This document shows positions 18,672-28,600 of a DNA stretch of 64,000 nt, piece after piece (the first letter of the stretch is position 1; every line of letters starts with the position of its first letter). Both the position numbers and the translations under genes were made by a program. The stretch is from Candidatus Marinacidobacterales bacterium (GTDB taxonomy: Bacteria; Acidobacteriota; Vicinamibacteria; Marinacidobacterales; SMYC01): the NCBI GenBank assembly GCA_965224085.1, contig CBDCYI010000011.1, forward strand, positions 320,001 through 384,000, given 5' to 3'. Below the pieces are notes generated by a model that searched no databases, had not been told where the DNA came from, and saw only the letters and a program-made list of their open reading frames with translations.

Positions 18672-19499
18672 CTAACCGGTCTCGACGGGGCGGCTGTCAT
18701 CGGCGCACCACTCCGACCATGACCCGGGATAAAGTCGCGCACCTCCGATGCCCGCAATCTCCATGGCGAGAAGGTTGTGGCACGCAGTCACGCCCGAGCC
18801 GCAATAGCACACGACATCCGACGTATCGCGCTCACCGATGACGGTCTCGAAGCGCCGACGTAGTGCCTCGGGTTCGAGGAAACGTCCTTCGTCGTTCACA
18901 TTCGCTGCCGAAGGCAAGTCGTGGGCGCCGGGGATGTGGCCCGCAACGGGGTCTAGTGGCTCTGTCTCGCCGCGAAACCTCTCGCCCGCGCGGGCGTCGA
19001 TCAACAGGTAGTCGTCGTGATGCGGTGCGAGCACCTCCACATCGATCCGCATTGCTTCGCGGGTTTTAGGTGTGAACCTGCGTGGCGCGCGGTCCTCGAG
19101 TCCATCTCGAAGCTCGCCGTCGTAAGAAGAAAAGCCGCCATCGAGAACGGCCACTGCGTCGTGACCGAGGTAACGCAGCATCCACCAGAGGCGCGAAGCG
19201 AATGGGCCGCCGGCGTTGTCGTAGGCGACGACTTGGACATTCTCGTCGATACCCCATTTCGAAAAGCGATCGACCATGTGCTCGAGGCTCGGCATGGGAT
19301 GGCGGCCGTTGCTGCCTGTTCGAGGGCCGGATAGGTCACGGTCGAGGTGAGCGTAAACGGCGCTGGGTAAATGGGCTTCCAAATACTCGGTTTCGCCCTT
19401 TTCAGGTTCGGGCAGGTAGAAGCGCGTGTCGACGATGGCCCAGTCGTCGTCGTCCAGCTTGGTCCGGACTTCGTCGGCCGAAATCAAAGCAGAATACAT
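18672..19499 (-). CDS. sseA: Two-domain rhodanese / mercaptopyruvate sulfurtransferase
   Basis: GRHPMP, RLWWML, GHIPGA, YCGSGVTAC, LYPGSWSEW. Confidence 0.9.
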   Translation of the reverse strand: MYSALISADEVRTKLDDDDWAIVDTRFYLPEPEKGETEYLEAHLPSAVYAHLDRDLSGPRTGSNGRHPMPSLEHMVDRFSKWGIDENVQVVAYDNAGGPFASRLWWMLRYLGHDAVAVLDGGFSSYDGELRDGLEDRAPRRFTPKTREAMRIDVEVLAPHHDDYLLIDARAGERFRGETEPLDPVAGHIPGAHDLPSAANVNDEGRFLEPEALRRRFETVIGERDTSDVVCYCGSGVTACHNLLAMEIAGIGGARLYPGSWSEWCADDSRPVETG

Positions 19500-19517
19500 G
19501 GAACCCTCTTCTCGAGC

Positions 19518-19765
19518 TTACTCGCTGTAAAACAAAGATCGGAGATCCGCCTCCGGGATGAATCTCGCCGCCTGACGATAGATAGCCTGAATTGTGCCGA
19601 GATCGAGCTCTTTGCGCAACGCAACGGTGAGCGTTTGCGTCTCGCCCCCATCGATCTCTCGTCGTAGTTTGCATGACTGCCGCGTGTCGCGACGACTTCG
19701 AATCTGAAGTGCTTCAGAATGCCGAGGACGTCCCTAGCCGAGAGCCGTCTGAGTCGAGGTGTCAT
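19518..19765 (-). CDS. hicA: HicA toxin, frameshifted in an A run near 19668
   Basis: LSARDVLGIL..RGSHA then LRREIDGGETQTLTV..ELDLGTIQAIYRQA in the next frame. Confidence 0.8.
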
Positions 19766-20294
19766 TCCTAGGCTGCCTAGTGCCGAGCTGGCTCTCGTAG
19801 GTGATGACGAGACGCGGAGAGGGCGTCAAGCCGAGCGCGCGCAAGTCCTCGCCGTCGAGGTGCAGCTCCAAAGCCTCGCGTAAGTTTGCCACGACTTCAT
19901 CAAGGGTTGTGCCCTGGGTCACGACTGCTACCTCCAGGCATTCGGCGACGTAGAGGCGTTCCCCGCGTGAGACCGTCGCGTGCACCGAGTCTCGAATGGG
20001 CGCCGTTCCGCAGGTCGGGCGACTCTCCGCGACGCGGGATGGCTTCGCGCTTTTGACGCGCCGGTGGGCGGGCAGAATCTCATACACACCGCGCCGCACG
20101 CGATGGAAGTAGTCCCACTTGTGCGGGTGGTTTTTCGGCGCATTGACGCAGCAGCGACTCACGATGTGGGTCCGGACCGAGCTCGCGTTCAGGTCCGGTA
20201 GGGCTCGAACAACCTCTTCAGGTGTGAAGGTCCAGCCGCGCCGCTCCCCGCAAAGACGCCGGGCCGCTCGGAGAACCTCGTCGTGGATAGCCAT
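19734..20294 (-). CDS. hicB: HicB-family antitoxin with an extra N-terminal winged-helix-like domain
   Basis: C-terminal YVAECLEVAVVTQGTTLDEVVANLREALELHL; N-terminal SSVRTHIVSRCCVNAP..FHRVRRGVYE. Confidence 0.8.
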   Translation of the reverse strand: MAIHDEVLRAARRLCGERRGWTFTPEEVVRALPDLNASSVRTHIVSRCCVNAPKNHPHKWDYFHRVRRGVYEILPAHRRVKSAKPSRVAESRPTCGTAPIRDSVHATVSRGERLYVAECLEVAVVTQGTTLDEVVANLREALELHLDGEDLRALGLTPSPRLVITYESQLGTRQPRNDTSTQTALG

Positions 20295-20334
20295 AGAGTT
20301 AGTGTAAAGTTGTAACTCTATATTCTCAAGTTGA

Positions 20335-21025
20335 TTATTCTTGCCACCCGTGTACGATGATCTCGCCGAAATCTTCGAGCTTGGCTTTGTAGAGTGGATG
20401 CTCCGAGCTTTGTATCTCGTCGAGCGGTCCGACGAGGACGGCCACGAGGTCTTCGGGGCGGTAGTACTTCCGGGCGGCGGCTAGAACCTCTGCTTTCGTC
20501 ACCGTGCGGATGCGCTCGACATAACCCTGGCTCCAATCGTGGCCGCCTTCGAAGAAGAGCTCTTCGGCGAAGCTGAGCGCGGTCGCGTGGGCGCCCGCGT
20601 AGCGCATCTGGAAGTAGCCTTGGGTGAGGGCGCCTTTGGCGATCTCGATGTCGCCATCTGCGACGTCTTCGCGGATCTTGCGCCACTCGTCGTCGATGAT
20701 CTTCAGTAGAAAGGCGATGGATTCCGGGCGGCCCAAGGTGACCGCGTAAGTGAGCGCCGGTGCGCGGAAGCCCACGGGCACGTAGCACGAGATGTCGTTC
20801 GAGAGGCCGCGCTTGCCTCGGCTTTCGACGAAGAACCGCGCGTCGAAATGGCCCTCTGCGCGCGCGGGAGCGAGCTCGGGATGGACTCGCTTCCAGATGG
20901 CGCCGTTGCCTCCGAGGATGTAGTTCGCGACTTCGAGCGCCGCGTGCTCGTCCTCGCGGCCTTGACGGCCGAGATGTCCGACGAGCATCCATCCCTGGAG
21001 TTGGTCGACTTCCCAAACGTGAATC
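20335..21025 (-). pseudogene. M16 (insulinase-like) peptidase, C-terminal fragment
   Basis: AALEVANYILGG..RGL..YVERIRTVTKAEVLAAARKY..VLVG. Confidence 0.75.
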
Positions 21026-21290
21026 TTGCGCGGCGTGGCTCTCGGGGGACTGGTCGGGCTCGGCCTCGCCTACGGGGGCATTCGTCTTCTCGTCGCCATA
21101 GGGCCGGCGAGTGTGCCGCGGCTCTACGAGGTGGGTATCGACGCGACCGTGCTTCTGTTCACTGTGGGGATCTCTCTTCTCGCTGGGGTCTTCTTCGGTC
21201 TCATTCCCGTCCTCAAATATGCGAGACCGAACGTAGTGACGGCGCTCAAGGAAGCGGACGTGCGTCGAGCGACGGCAGAGAGCGGCATCG
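21026..21290 (+). pseudogene. ADOP permease internal fragment
   Basis: GGLVGLGLAY..PRLYEVGIDATVLLFT..FGLIP..ALKE. Confidence 0.8.
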
Positions 21291-21344
21291 GGCGCGTGGG
21301 ACAAACCCGAGCTCACCCGCTCCGAGTGGGCCAAAGTCGAGCAG

Positions 21345-21870
21345 CACACATTCTTGACCGACAGGATTCTCAGGACCTCACCGGCCCTGGACAGCTATGC
21401 CAAGCTGGCTTCGTCGCACCACGAGCGCGCCGATGGTTCCGGTTATCACCGTCAGGTGGAAAAACCCGATCTTCAGTGCGCGATCGTGGCGGCCGCCGAC
21501 TGCTACCACGCGATGCTCGAGGACCGACCCCACCGGCCCGCGCTCGGACCGGAGAAGGCTGCCGAGGAGCTTCTCGCCATGGCCGAGTCCGGCCGGCTCA
21601 ACCGAATGGCGGTCAGAGCCCTGCTGGATGCGGTGAGCGGCCGGCCGGAGAGCCAGCAGCAAGAGCCTGCCGGCGGATCTCACCAAGCGGGAGGCCGAGG
21701 TCATTTGCCTGATGGCCCAAGGCCTGTCCAACAAGGAGATCGGGGGCAAGCTGTTCATCTCCGCCAAGACGGTGGAGCACCAAGTCGGCCATATCTACGA
21801 CAAGATCGGCACCCGCACCCGGCCCGGGGCGGCCATGTTTGCGGTCGAGCACGGTCTCTGCACCAAGTAG
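21345..21870 (+). pseudogene. HD-GYP + LuxR-HTH regulator, 5'-truncated and frameshifted
   Basis: HHERADGSGY, AAADCYHAMLEDRPHRPA; then LTKREAEVICLMAQGLSNKEIG..ISAKTVEHQVGHIYDKIG. Confidence 0.85.
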
Positions 21871-21876
21871 GCGGGC

Positions 21877-21922
21877 ATCGGGGAACTCCCCCATTTTTGC
21901 CAGTATAGGGGAGCTCCCCGAT
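21877..21922. promoter_or_regulatory. Two 18-bp palindromic boxes (probable LuxR-type sites)
   Basis: ATCGGGGAACTCCCCCAT and ATAGGGGAGCTCCCCGAT. Confidence 0.6.
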
Positions 21923-21991
21923 GTGGCCGATCGGGTTCTTCTGTAGCCTGGGCTCACCACGAAAACAAACCCAAGGCATGAGGAGGCCACA

Positions 21992-22396
21992 ATGCATACC
22001 GTCACAGTTCTAACCCACCTTTCCGCATCCACCGACGAGGCCTGGTCCAAGTTAGGTGACCCCGGCACCATCAGTTCCTGGCATCCGGCGATCGCCAAGA
22101 GCTCGCTGGAAGGAAAAGACCGCAAGTGCACCCTGGTCAACGGGGCCCAGATCGACGAGGAGATAGACAATATCGACGATGCCAATCGCTCCTACAGCTA
22201 CCGGATCGTCGAAAGCCCCCTGCCGCTCGAGGACTACCGCTCCACGATCAAGGTCGTGGAAGCCGATGGCGGCTGCTCCGTGGAGTGGACCTCGAGCTTC
22301 GACGTGTCCAGCGGGCCGGCCGAGGACACGGTCGCGATGATCAAGGACGTTTACGCCGCCGGTCTGGGCGCGCTGCGCGAGAACTTCAAGAGCTAG
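21992..22396 (+). CDS. SRPBCC / polyketide cyclase family protein
   Basis: AW..WHPAI..RSYSYRIVESPLP..Y.STIKV..VEW; GAGGAGG RBS. Confidence 0.88.
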   Translation: MHTVTVLTHLSASTDEAWSKLGDPGTISSWHPAIAKSSLEGKDRKCTLVNGAQIDEEIDNIDDANRSYSYRIVESPLPLEDYRSTIKVVEADGGCSVEWTSSFDVSSGPAEDTVAMIKDVYAAGLGALRENFKS

Positions 22397-22414
22397 GGCG
22401 AGTCCGCTCACGGA

Positions 22415-22452
22415 GAAAGGGGCCGGCACCGGCAGGTGCGGGCCCCTTTGTT
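22415..22452 (+). terminator. Rho-independent terminator
   Basis: AAAGGGGCCGGCACC-GGCA-GGTGCGGGCCCCTTTGTT hairpin. Confidence 0.65.
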
Positions 22453-22702
22453 GTGGTGCGCAGACGAGCCCGTACGCGAACGAAGCGTTTCGATGTCCGT
22501 CTTGCGTGGCGTCCTGAAGTGGAGGGTCTTGTCGTCGAAAGGATTGACACCTTTGTCCAGGCTGGGCGATCCATTGGCTGCGCTCCTCCATCATTTCTTC
22601 CGGCCAGCCTCCGACCTCGACGGCCGTTCGGAAGTCCTCAGCTGCGCCCGCATAGTCTCCGAGCATTCCACGCGCGACGCCTCGGCTGTCCGTGAAACCC
22701 GG

Positions 22703-22737
22703 TTGACTTCATAAAATGATCGTTTTAATTTAACGGT
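22703..22737 (+). promoter_or_regulatory. Sigma70 promoter with TetR operator
   Basis: TTGACT-N17-TAATTT with TAAAATGATCGTTTTA between the boxes. Confidence 0.7.
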
Positions 22738-23316
22738 GTGGTTCGCAGCAAGGAATATGATCGCGATGACGTCTTGGACAAGGCCGTCGGTTTGTTTTGG
22801 CAGCAAGGCTACAAAGCCAGTTCTGTGACGGATATCGTCCATGCGACCGGGCTGAATACCGCGAGCATGTATAAGGAATTCGGCGACAAAGATGGAGTGT
22901 TCGAGGCCGCGCTCGCACACTATCGCGAGCATGTTATGGGCCCACGGTTCCAGATGCTAACCACCGAACCGAACATCAAGGGGGTCGCGGCGTTTCTCGA
23001 AAGCGTCGTCAAGGGCTCGGCGTCGGAGGAATACAAGGGCTGTCTCATGATGAACCACCTCGCCCAGAAACATTCCATAAGCCCGCGGGCCGCCAAGCAA
23101 ATCGGCGATTTTTGCGCGACGATGGAAGGCCTGTTGGAAGCCGCCCTCCAAAACGCGCAGGCAAAAGGAGAAATCCCAGCCGACAAGGATCCGGCGGCAA
23201 CGGCAAGTTTTATCATGTGTTGCGTTCACGGTTTGGTTTTGTACGGGCGGCATCCGGACAAAAGAAACGATATCCCCAATCTTCGCGACGTTATTTTGCG
23301 GGCCCTGCAGGCGTAG
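22738..23316 (+). CDS. TetR/AcrR family regulator (NemR/ComR-like)
   Basis: LFWQQGYKASS..SMYKEFGDK, GCLMMN. Confidence 0.9.
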   Translation: MVRSKEYDRDDVLDKAVGLFWQQGYKASSVTDIVHATGLNTASMYKEFGDKDGVFEAALAHYREHVMGPRFQMLTTEPNIKGVAAFLESVVKGSASEEYKGCLMMNHLAQKHSISPRAAKQIGDFCATMEGLLEAALQNAQAKGEIPADKDPAATASFIMCCVHGLVLYGRHPDKRNDIPNLRDVILRALQA

Positions 23317-23359
23317 CCGTCGGCCATTGTGAATGACACCTGATGAGATCATTTTAAAA

Positions 23360-23397
23360 TAGACTTTTTAAAACAATCATTTTAGTATAACGGTGTG
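23360..23397 (+). promoter_or_regulatory. Second promoter with a matching TetR operator
   Basis: TAGACT..TAAAACAATCATTTTA-GTATAACGGTGTG. Confidence 0.7.
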
Positions 23398-23475
23398 CCG
23401 GACGACTGGAATGAAATACTCGATGCGTGCGCACCCATGCGTCCGTAGGCACCTCAAAATAGGGAGACGAAGGCT

Positions 23476-23868
23476 ATGTCAATTTCTGAAACTGCCATGA
23501 CTTTTTTCGATGACCTAGAAACTGGTAAGGGCTGGGAAGTGTGCAAAGAGTGGTGCCACGAAGATGCAGCCTTTTCGTGCCAGGCGGATGCAATTGCCGG
23601 AATCACCACGGTTGAAGGCTATGTCGAATGGGTAAAGGGGTTGTTCACGCCGGTTCCGGACATGCACCCTGAGATCAAAGCGTTCGCGACCGATCAAGAG
23701 CGGAATTCCGTTACCGCCTTTGCGATTGTCCACGGAACCCAAACCGGCGAGGGCGGGCCGGTTCCCCCGACCGGCAACACCGTAGCCGCCGATTATGTCT
23801 ATGTCATGGAATTTGACGGAGACAAGATTCGCCACATGACGAAAATCTGGAACGATGGGCATAAGTGA
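23476..23868 (+). CDS. SnoaL/NTF2-like ester cyclase, C-terminus possibly clipped
   Basis: GTQTGEGGPVPPTG..ADYVYVMEFDGDKIRHMTKIWND; abuts a transposase fragment. Confidence 0.85.
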   Translation: MSISETAMTFFDDLETGKGWEVCKEWCHEDAAFSCQADAIAGITTVEGYVEWVKGLFTPVPDMHPEIKAFATDQERNSVTAFAIVHGTQTGEGGPVPPTGNTVAADYVYVMEFDGDKIRHMTKIWNDGHK

Positions 23869-23899
23869 GGCCGTTGGTTGTACTGCTTGTTAGGAACGC

Positions 23900-24500
23900 G
23901 CCTTGGAGAGCAACATCCATTACCCCACAGATAGCTCACTGCTTGCCGATGGCATCCGGGTGCTCACCCGTAGTCTGAAGTGTATTGCAAAGGCTTGTGC
24001 TCAAGGTGCGCTCAAGGTGGTGGACCACAGCCGATCAACGAAAAACAGGCAGCTTGAGATCGACCGCGCCAGCAAGTCGTTCACCGAATCGAGCCAAGTC
24101 AAGTTCAAGCAAAGTTATCGCAAGCTCATGGGCACGGCGCGCAGCGTGGTCCGGCAAGCCGACGAGGTTATTCAGTCGCTCAAGAGCGGAAAGCTTCCGG
24201 TCGTGGGTTCGCTGGTGAGCATCATAAGCAATCAGAGCCAACTCGAACATTATCTGCCACTGTGCAAAAAGGTGTTAGCTCAGACAAAGGCCCGTGTTTT
24301 AGGGGGCCATCGTCACCATCCGGACAAGATCGTCAGCCTGTTCGAGGAGCATACGGCCGTGATCCGAAAAGGCAAAACATGGAAGCCGACCGAGTTTGGA
24401 CGACTCGTGCGAATTGATGAGGTGGAGAACGGCATTGTTAGCCACTACGAAGTTGCCGCAGGCAATCCGGCGGACCAAACTCAGTGGAATGCCCGCGCTG
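23900..24500 (+). mobile_element. ISNCY transposase internal fragment
   Basis: ESNIHYPTDSSLL, KIVSLFEEHT..IRKGK..TEFG; paralog of 1268..2632. Confidence 0.85.
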
Positions 24501-24509
24501 GAGCAACAC

Positions 24510-25054
24510 AAAAAACAGAGAGCTTGCAGGATTGTCTGGAGGGGACGGCTACGGCAAACGATACCTGCTAGGCCCCCTCTACATGTTGCTGGGTGACGTG
24601 GATGGCGCGCTGGCGTCGTTCGACTGGTACGAGAAGGCGTCCCCCGATGATGATGTTGGGAGATCCCTACCAATACCTGACTTGGGCGTTGGGGTTGTAT
24701 AAAGGCGAACAAAAGCAAGAGGCGTTCAACAAGCTGTACTCTACGATGCTCGAGAACCTCTATCTCGTGCCGCTTGTTCTACGGCAGACTCCTCAACCAC
24801 TTGATATCTGGCACGGCAGCAACCTGGCGGAGATGGAGTACGCGATGTCCATACCCGAAGAGTTGCTCGATCTTTGGGATGATGAAGCCCGTCAGTGGGC
24901 GCAAGAAGTCTCGGAGCATCCTGACGTCGATGAGAGGATAGCGCGCTGGGTCGAGATTCACCGCGAGCTCAATGCGGAGCCGGCCGGGCCGAAGCGCACT
25001 GCGCTGGTGGACGAATCGTACGCCTTACGGAACCACAAACTTCGGTATTGCTGA
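24510..25054 (+). pseudogene. Helical hypothetical protein, 5'-truncated and frameshifted near 24660
   Basis: GKRYLLGPLY..ASFDWYEK / DPYQYLTWAL..MLENLYL..IWHGSN continues across frames. Confidence 0.55.
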
Positions 25055-25310
25055 TGCGGCCGTGGCTGGTCAGTGGCCTAGCCGGTCGGGCCGGAGACGT
25101 CACGCGTCCGGGTGGGTACCGGCCCGGCCGCTGGGTTTAGCCCGCGTCTACGAATGTGTCGAATGTTCGCTCTCTGCACTCCACAATGTTCGTGCGAACA
25201 GCACCGCTCCACGCTCGGGACGAATGAGACGGCGAGAGCGCTCTTTCTTCCGACCAAAGAGAGCCCCCGAAGCCTTCATGGAATATACTCGAGCTCTTGA
25301 GGAGGTTGCT

Positions 25311-26870
25311 ATGTGGCGAAGCATGGCTCTGAGTTGGGGATTACTCGTCGTAACCGGCGGTGTCGCTTCGGCCCAGCCGGGCTCGGAGTTCAGCACCGGC
25401 GCGCGCTATTCCAAGTTGGTGATCCGTGACGCCATGGTGGTGAACGGGCGGGGGACGCCCATTGAAGGCCCGATGGACATCGTCATCGAGAGCAACACCA
25501 TTGTCGATATGATCCCGGTGGACCCCGTCTCTCTGGCCCGCTACGGTGCCGAATGGGAGCGCCCCGGCGGCGAGCGTGTGATCGATGCCAAGGGGATGTA
25601 CGTGATACCGGGGCTCGTCGATATGCATGCCCATATTCCCGGCGACGGAGGACGGGCCGGTGACCGGGGATTCGCCTACGCTTACAGCCTGTGGCTGGCG
25701 CACGGGGTGACCACGCTGCGCGATGCGGGAGACGGCGCCGGCATCGAGAAACTCCGAGCGCATCGCCTTTTGAGCGAGGAGAGCACCGCCGCGATCCCGA
25801 GGCTGCTCCTCTACGAGCGCTGGCCCAACGTCTCCCGGCAGGGAGAAAAGGGGCACACAGCCGAGGAAGCCCGGGCCCTCGTCGGGAAGTTCAAGGAGCA
25901 AGGCGCGGACGGCATCAAAGTCAGCAAGGGCCCCGGTCATTTTCCCGACGTCATCGCCGCCATCGGCGACGAAGTCGAGAAGCTCGGCATGAACGGCATC
26001 GCGGTGGACCTCAAAGTGAGCGAGACGGATGCTCTCATCGCCTCGAACGCCGGCGTCAGCACGATCGAGCACTGGTACGGTGTGCCGGATGCCGCACTCT
26101 CCGGCACGCAACGGTTTCCCGCTGGCTACAACTACTGGAACGAGGAGGATCGCTTTCGCTGGGCCGGCCATCTCTGGAAAGAGGCCAACCAGAATCCGGA
26201 CGCCATCCGATCTGTGCTCGAACAAATGATCAAAAACGGCACCGTCTGGGATCCGACTATGGTCGTCTACGAGGCAAACCTCGATCTGGGACGTACTCGG
26301 AACTTCGCCTGGCACGAGCGCTACACCCACCCGACGCTCTATGACTACTGGAGCCCCAATCCGAGCAACCACGGCTCTTATCACGCCCGCTGGAGCACGG
26401 CGGACGAGATCGCCTGGAAGGAGAACTTTCAAATCTGGATGAGCTACGTGAAGGAGTTCTTCGACGCCGGCGGGACATTGACGGTGGGCTCGGACGCCGG
26501 ATCGCTCTATGCCCTCTACGGCTTTTCAACCATTCGCGAGCTCGAGCTGTTCCAACAGGCGGGCATCCACCCCATCGACATCATACAGATCGCAACCTGG
26601 AACGCCACGAAGACGCTGGGCCTCGACACGCTTGCCGGCATCCGGATCGGACAAACGGCGGATCTCGCGGTGATCGACGGGAATCCCCTTCAAGACTTCA
26701 AAGTGATGTACGGCACCGGTATCGAGATAATCGGGGACGATGGGAAGGTTTCGCGCCATGGGGGCGTGCGCTGGACGATCAAAAACGGCGTCGTCTTCGA
26801 CGCGAAGGAGCTCCTAAGCGAAGTAGAGGACTATGTAGGCAAGGCCAAGGCGATGGCCGTCACGAATTAG
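25311..26870 (+). CDS. Secreted amidohydrolase-family protein
   Basis: GAGGAGG RBS, signal peptide, PGLVDMHAH, GVTTLRD, GSDAG, ADLAVIDGNPL. Confidence 0.9.
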   Translation: MWRSMALSWGLLVVTGGVASAQPGSEFSTGARYSKLVIRDAMVVNGRGTPIEGPMDIVIESNTIVDMIPVDPVSLARYGAEWERPGGERVIDAKGMYVIPGLVDMHAHIPGDGGRAGDRGFAYAYSLWLAHGVTTLRDAGDGAGIEKLRAHRLLSEESTAAIPRLLLYERWPNVSRQGEKGHTAEEARALVGKFKEQGADGIKVSKGPGHFPDVIAAIGDEVEKLGMNGIAVDLKVSETDALIASNAGVSTIEHWYGVPDAALSGTQRFPAGYNYWNEEDRFRWAGHLWKEANQNPDAIRSVLEQMIKNGTVWDPTMVVYEANLDLGRTRNFAWHERYTHPTLYDYWSPNPSNHGSYHARWSTADEIAWKENFQIWMSYVKEFFDAGGTLTVGSDAGSLYALYGFSTIRELELFQQAGIHPIDIIQIATWNATKTLGLDTLAGIRIGQTADLAVIDGNPLQDFKVMYGTGIEIIGDDGKVSRHGGVRWTIKNGVVFDAKELLSEVEDYVGKAKAMAVTN

Positions 26871-26987
26871 CGATCTGAAAGCTCGGCCTTGGACGCAAGC
26901 TCGGGAGCGGACTCTTTGAAGGCTTGCCAGTTCACGGTCACGATCGATGCCTCCGCTGGCTGGAACGCCCACGATAGTCGCACCCGC

Positions 26988-27250
26988 TCAGTTCGGGACG
27001 AAGTCGATTCTCTGTATATCACTCTCGCTGAGCACGTAGATCCTGCCGTCGGGGCCTACGACGGCGTCCACGATGGGTCCGAAGCCGGTAAGAAACCTCT
27101 GGTCCTCCGTCAGAAGCGTATCTGCGTCCGCCGACAAGACGAGGCGGCGTAGCGTGCCTGTATTGAAATCACCGTAGAACACGCTTCCTCGGAAGTCAGC
27201 GGGATATGCGGTGACGTCGTAGAACGTGACGCCGGTCGGCGCGACGACCG
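26988..27250 (-). pseudogene. PQQ-dependent sugar dehydrogenase (GSDH), C-terminal fragment
   Basis: APTGVTFY..YPADFRGSVFYGDF..IVDAVVGPDGRIYV. Confidence 0.7.
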
Positions 27251-27379
27251 AGGCGTGGCATCGGAGGGGCGGCTTTTGGACGGGAGGCGCGCCTTCGCAA
27301 GCGATATCGCCACGCTCGCCACATTCGAAGAAATGATAGGAACTTTCAAAGCCCTCCCGGGACGTTCCATTGCGTTTTC

Positions 27380-27417
27380 TCCAGCTTGACCGACGTGGTC
27401 CAGCTTGACCGACGTGG
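27380..27417 (+). repeat. 19-bp tandem duplication
   Basis: TCCAGCTTGACCGACGTGG x2. Confidence 0.9.
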
Positions 27418-27599
27418 CGTCACGTCATTCAGTATCGGTGACATTAGCAAAGGGCATATAGACCTCATCCGTCAAAGGCGAATAGCTCATTCTTGTAAAC
27501 GTGCCTTGTTCGGGCGCATAGATCCAGATGTCGTTGTCGCCGTTGCCACGGAGGATATCACCCAAAAGGGAAGTGGTGATCTCCTTGTGTACGTCCAGT

Positions 27600-27894
27600 C
27601 CTACGTATCGTCTCTATACTCTTCCACGACGGTACGGCATCTATCAAGCACATGGAGACGCTCGAGCGGCAGCTACTCGTCCTTCACGGAACCGCGGACG
27701 TCAACGTGGCGTTTCGCGAATCGCTGAATTTGATCGACGCTCTCCTGAAACAAGGAAAGGCCTTCGACTTCGAAGTCTATCCGGGAGAGCTTCATTTCTT
27801 CCGACGCGAGCACATCCTTCGCGACGCCTGGAGGCGCGCCGAGAAGCTCTTTGACGCGCATTTGAAAGAGGGCGAGTGGTTGGCGAGTCGATAA
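27600..27894 (+). pseudogene. S9 peptidase, C-terminal fragment
   Basis: LLVLHGTADVNV (catalytic Asp) and YPGELHFF (catalytic His). Confidence 0.8.
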
Positions 27895-28050
27895 GCATTT
27901 GGTTCCTACAATGATGAGACGGTTGGCCTCGTCTCTTCCTTGTCTTTCATGCCACTACAGCATCAAGGCGGAGGGCGCCCGGGTTACTCGCGTACCCTCT
28001 TTCTGTTCAGGGCGCCGTATGCCCTTTTCGATATCACCGAGGGTCAGATA

Positions 28051-28600
28051 ATGCGAATCTTGTCTTTAATGTCGCTCTGCTCTGTAGCGATTCTGGGCTG
28101 CGCGAGTGAGCGCGCTCCTTCGACTTCCCGGGGATCGCTCAGCATCGAGCAGCTGATCGAGATCCGGCATCCGTCCCGGCCGACCTGGTCGCCCGACGGA
28201 TCTCGTCTTGCCTTCATCTGGGATGCTGCCAGCGTGCAGAATATCTACGTCGTCGACACCGGCACGGCCGCTGCGCCGATAGCCCTCACCTCCTATTCAG
28301 CGGGCATCATCGATGATGCTCCGCGCGGAGCCTCGCCTCTTTTCTGGGATTCTGACAAGTCGGTGGCCGTCGCTCGCTCCGGGGCTTTGTGGCGCGTTCC
28401 TGCCGACGGCTCCGGGGAGCCAGAAGCGGTATGGGAGGGTGACACCGCCGCCGCCACGGAAGCCCTGTCGCTCGGATTAGTAGGAAGCGGTTTCGCCCCG
28501 TCGCCGGACGGCGGTCGAATGGCATTCGTGGTCGCGGGTGACATCTGGGTGCACGACCTCACGAGCGGCCAAAATACTCGGCTAACCGAAACGCCCGCCC
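28051..28600 (+). pseudogene. S9/DPP-IV-like lipoprotein, N-terminal fragment
   Basis: Lipobox ILGC, WSPDG repeats; truncated. Confidence 0.75.

Noticed and set aside
17397-27417. Short direct repeats as a CRISPR array
   Set aside because: They are only two-copy tandem duplications with no spacers, and no cas genes are present.
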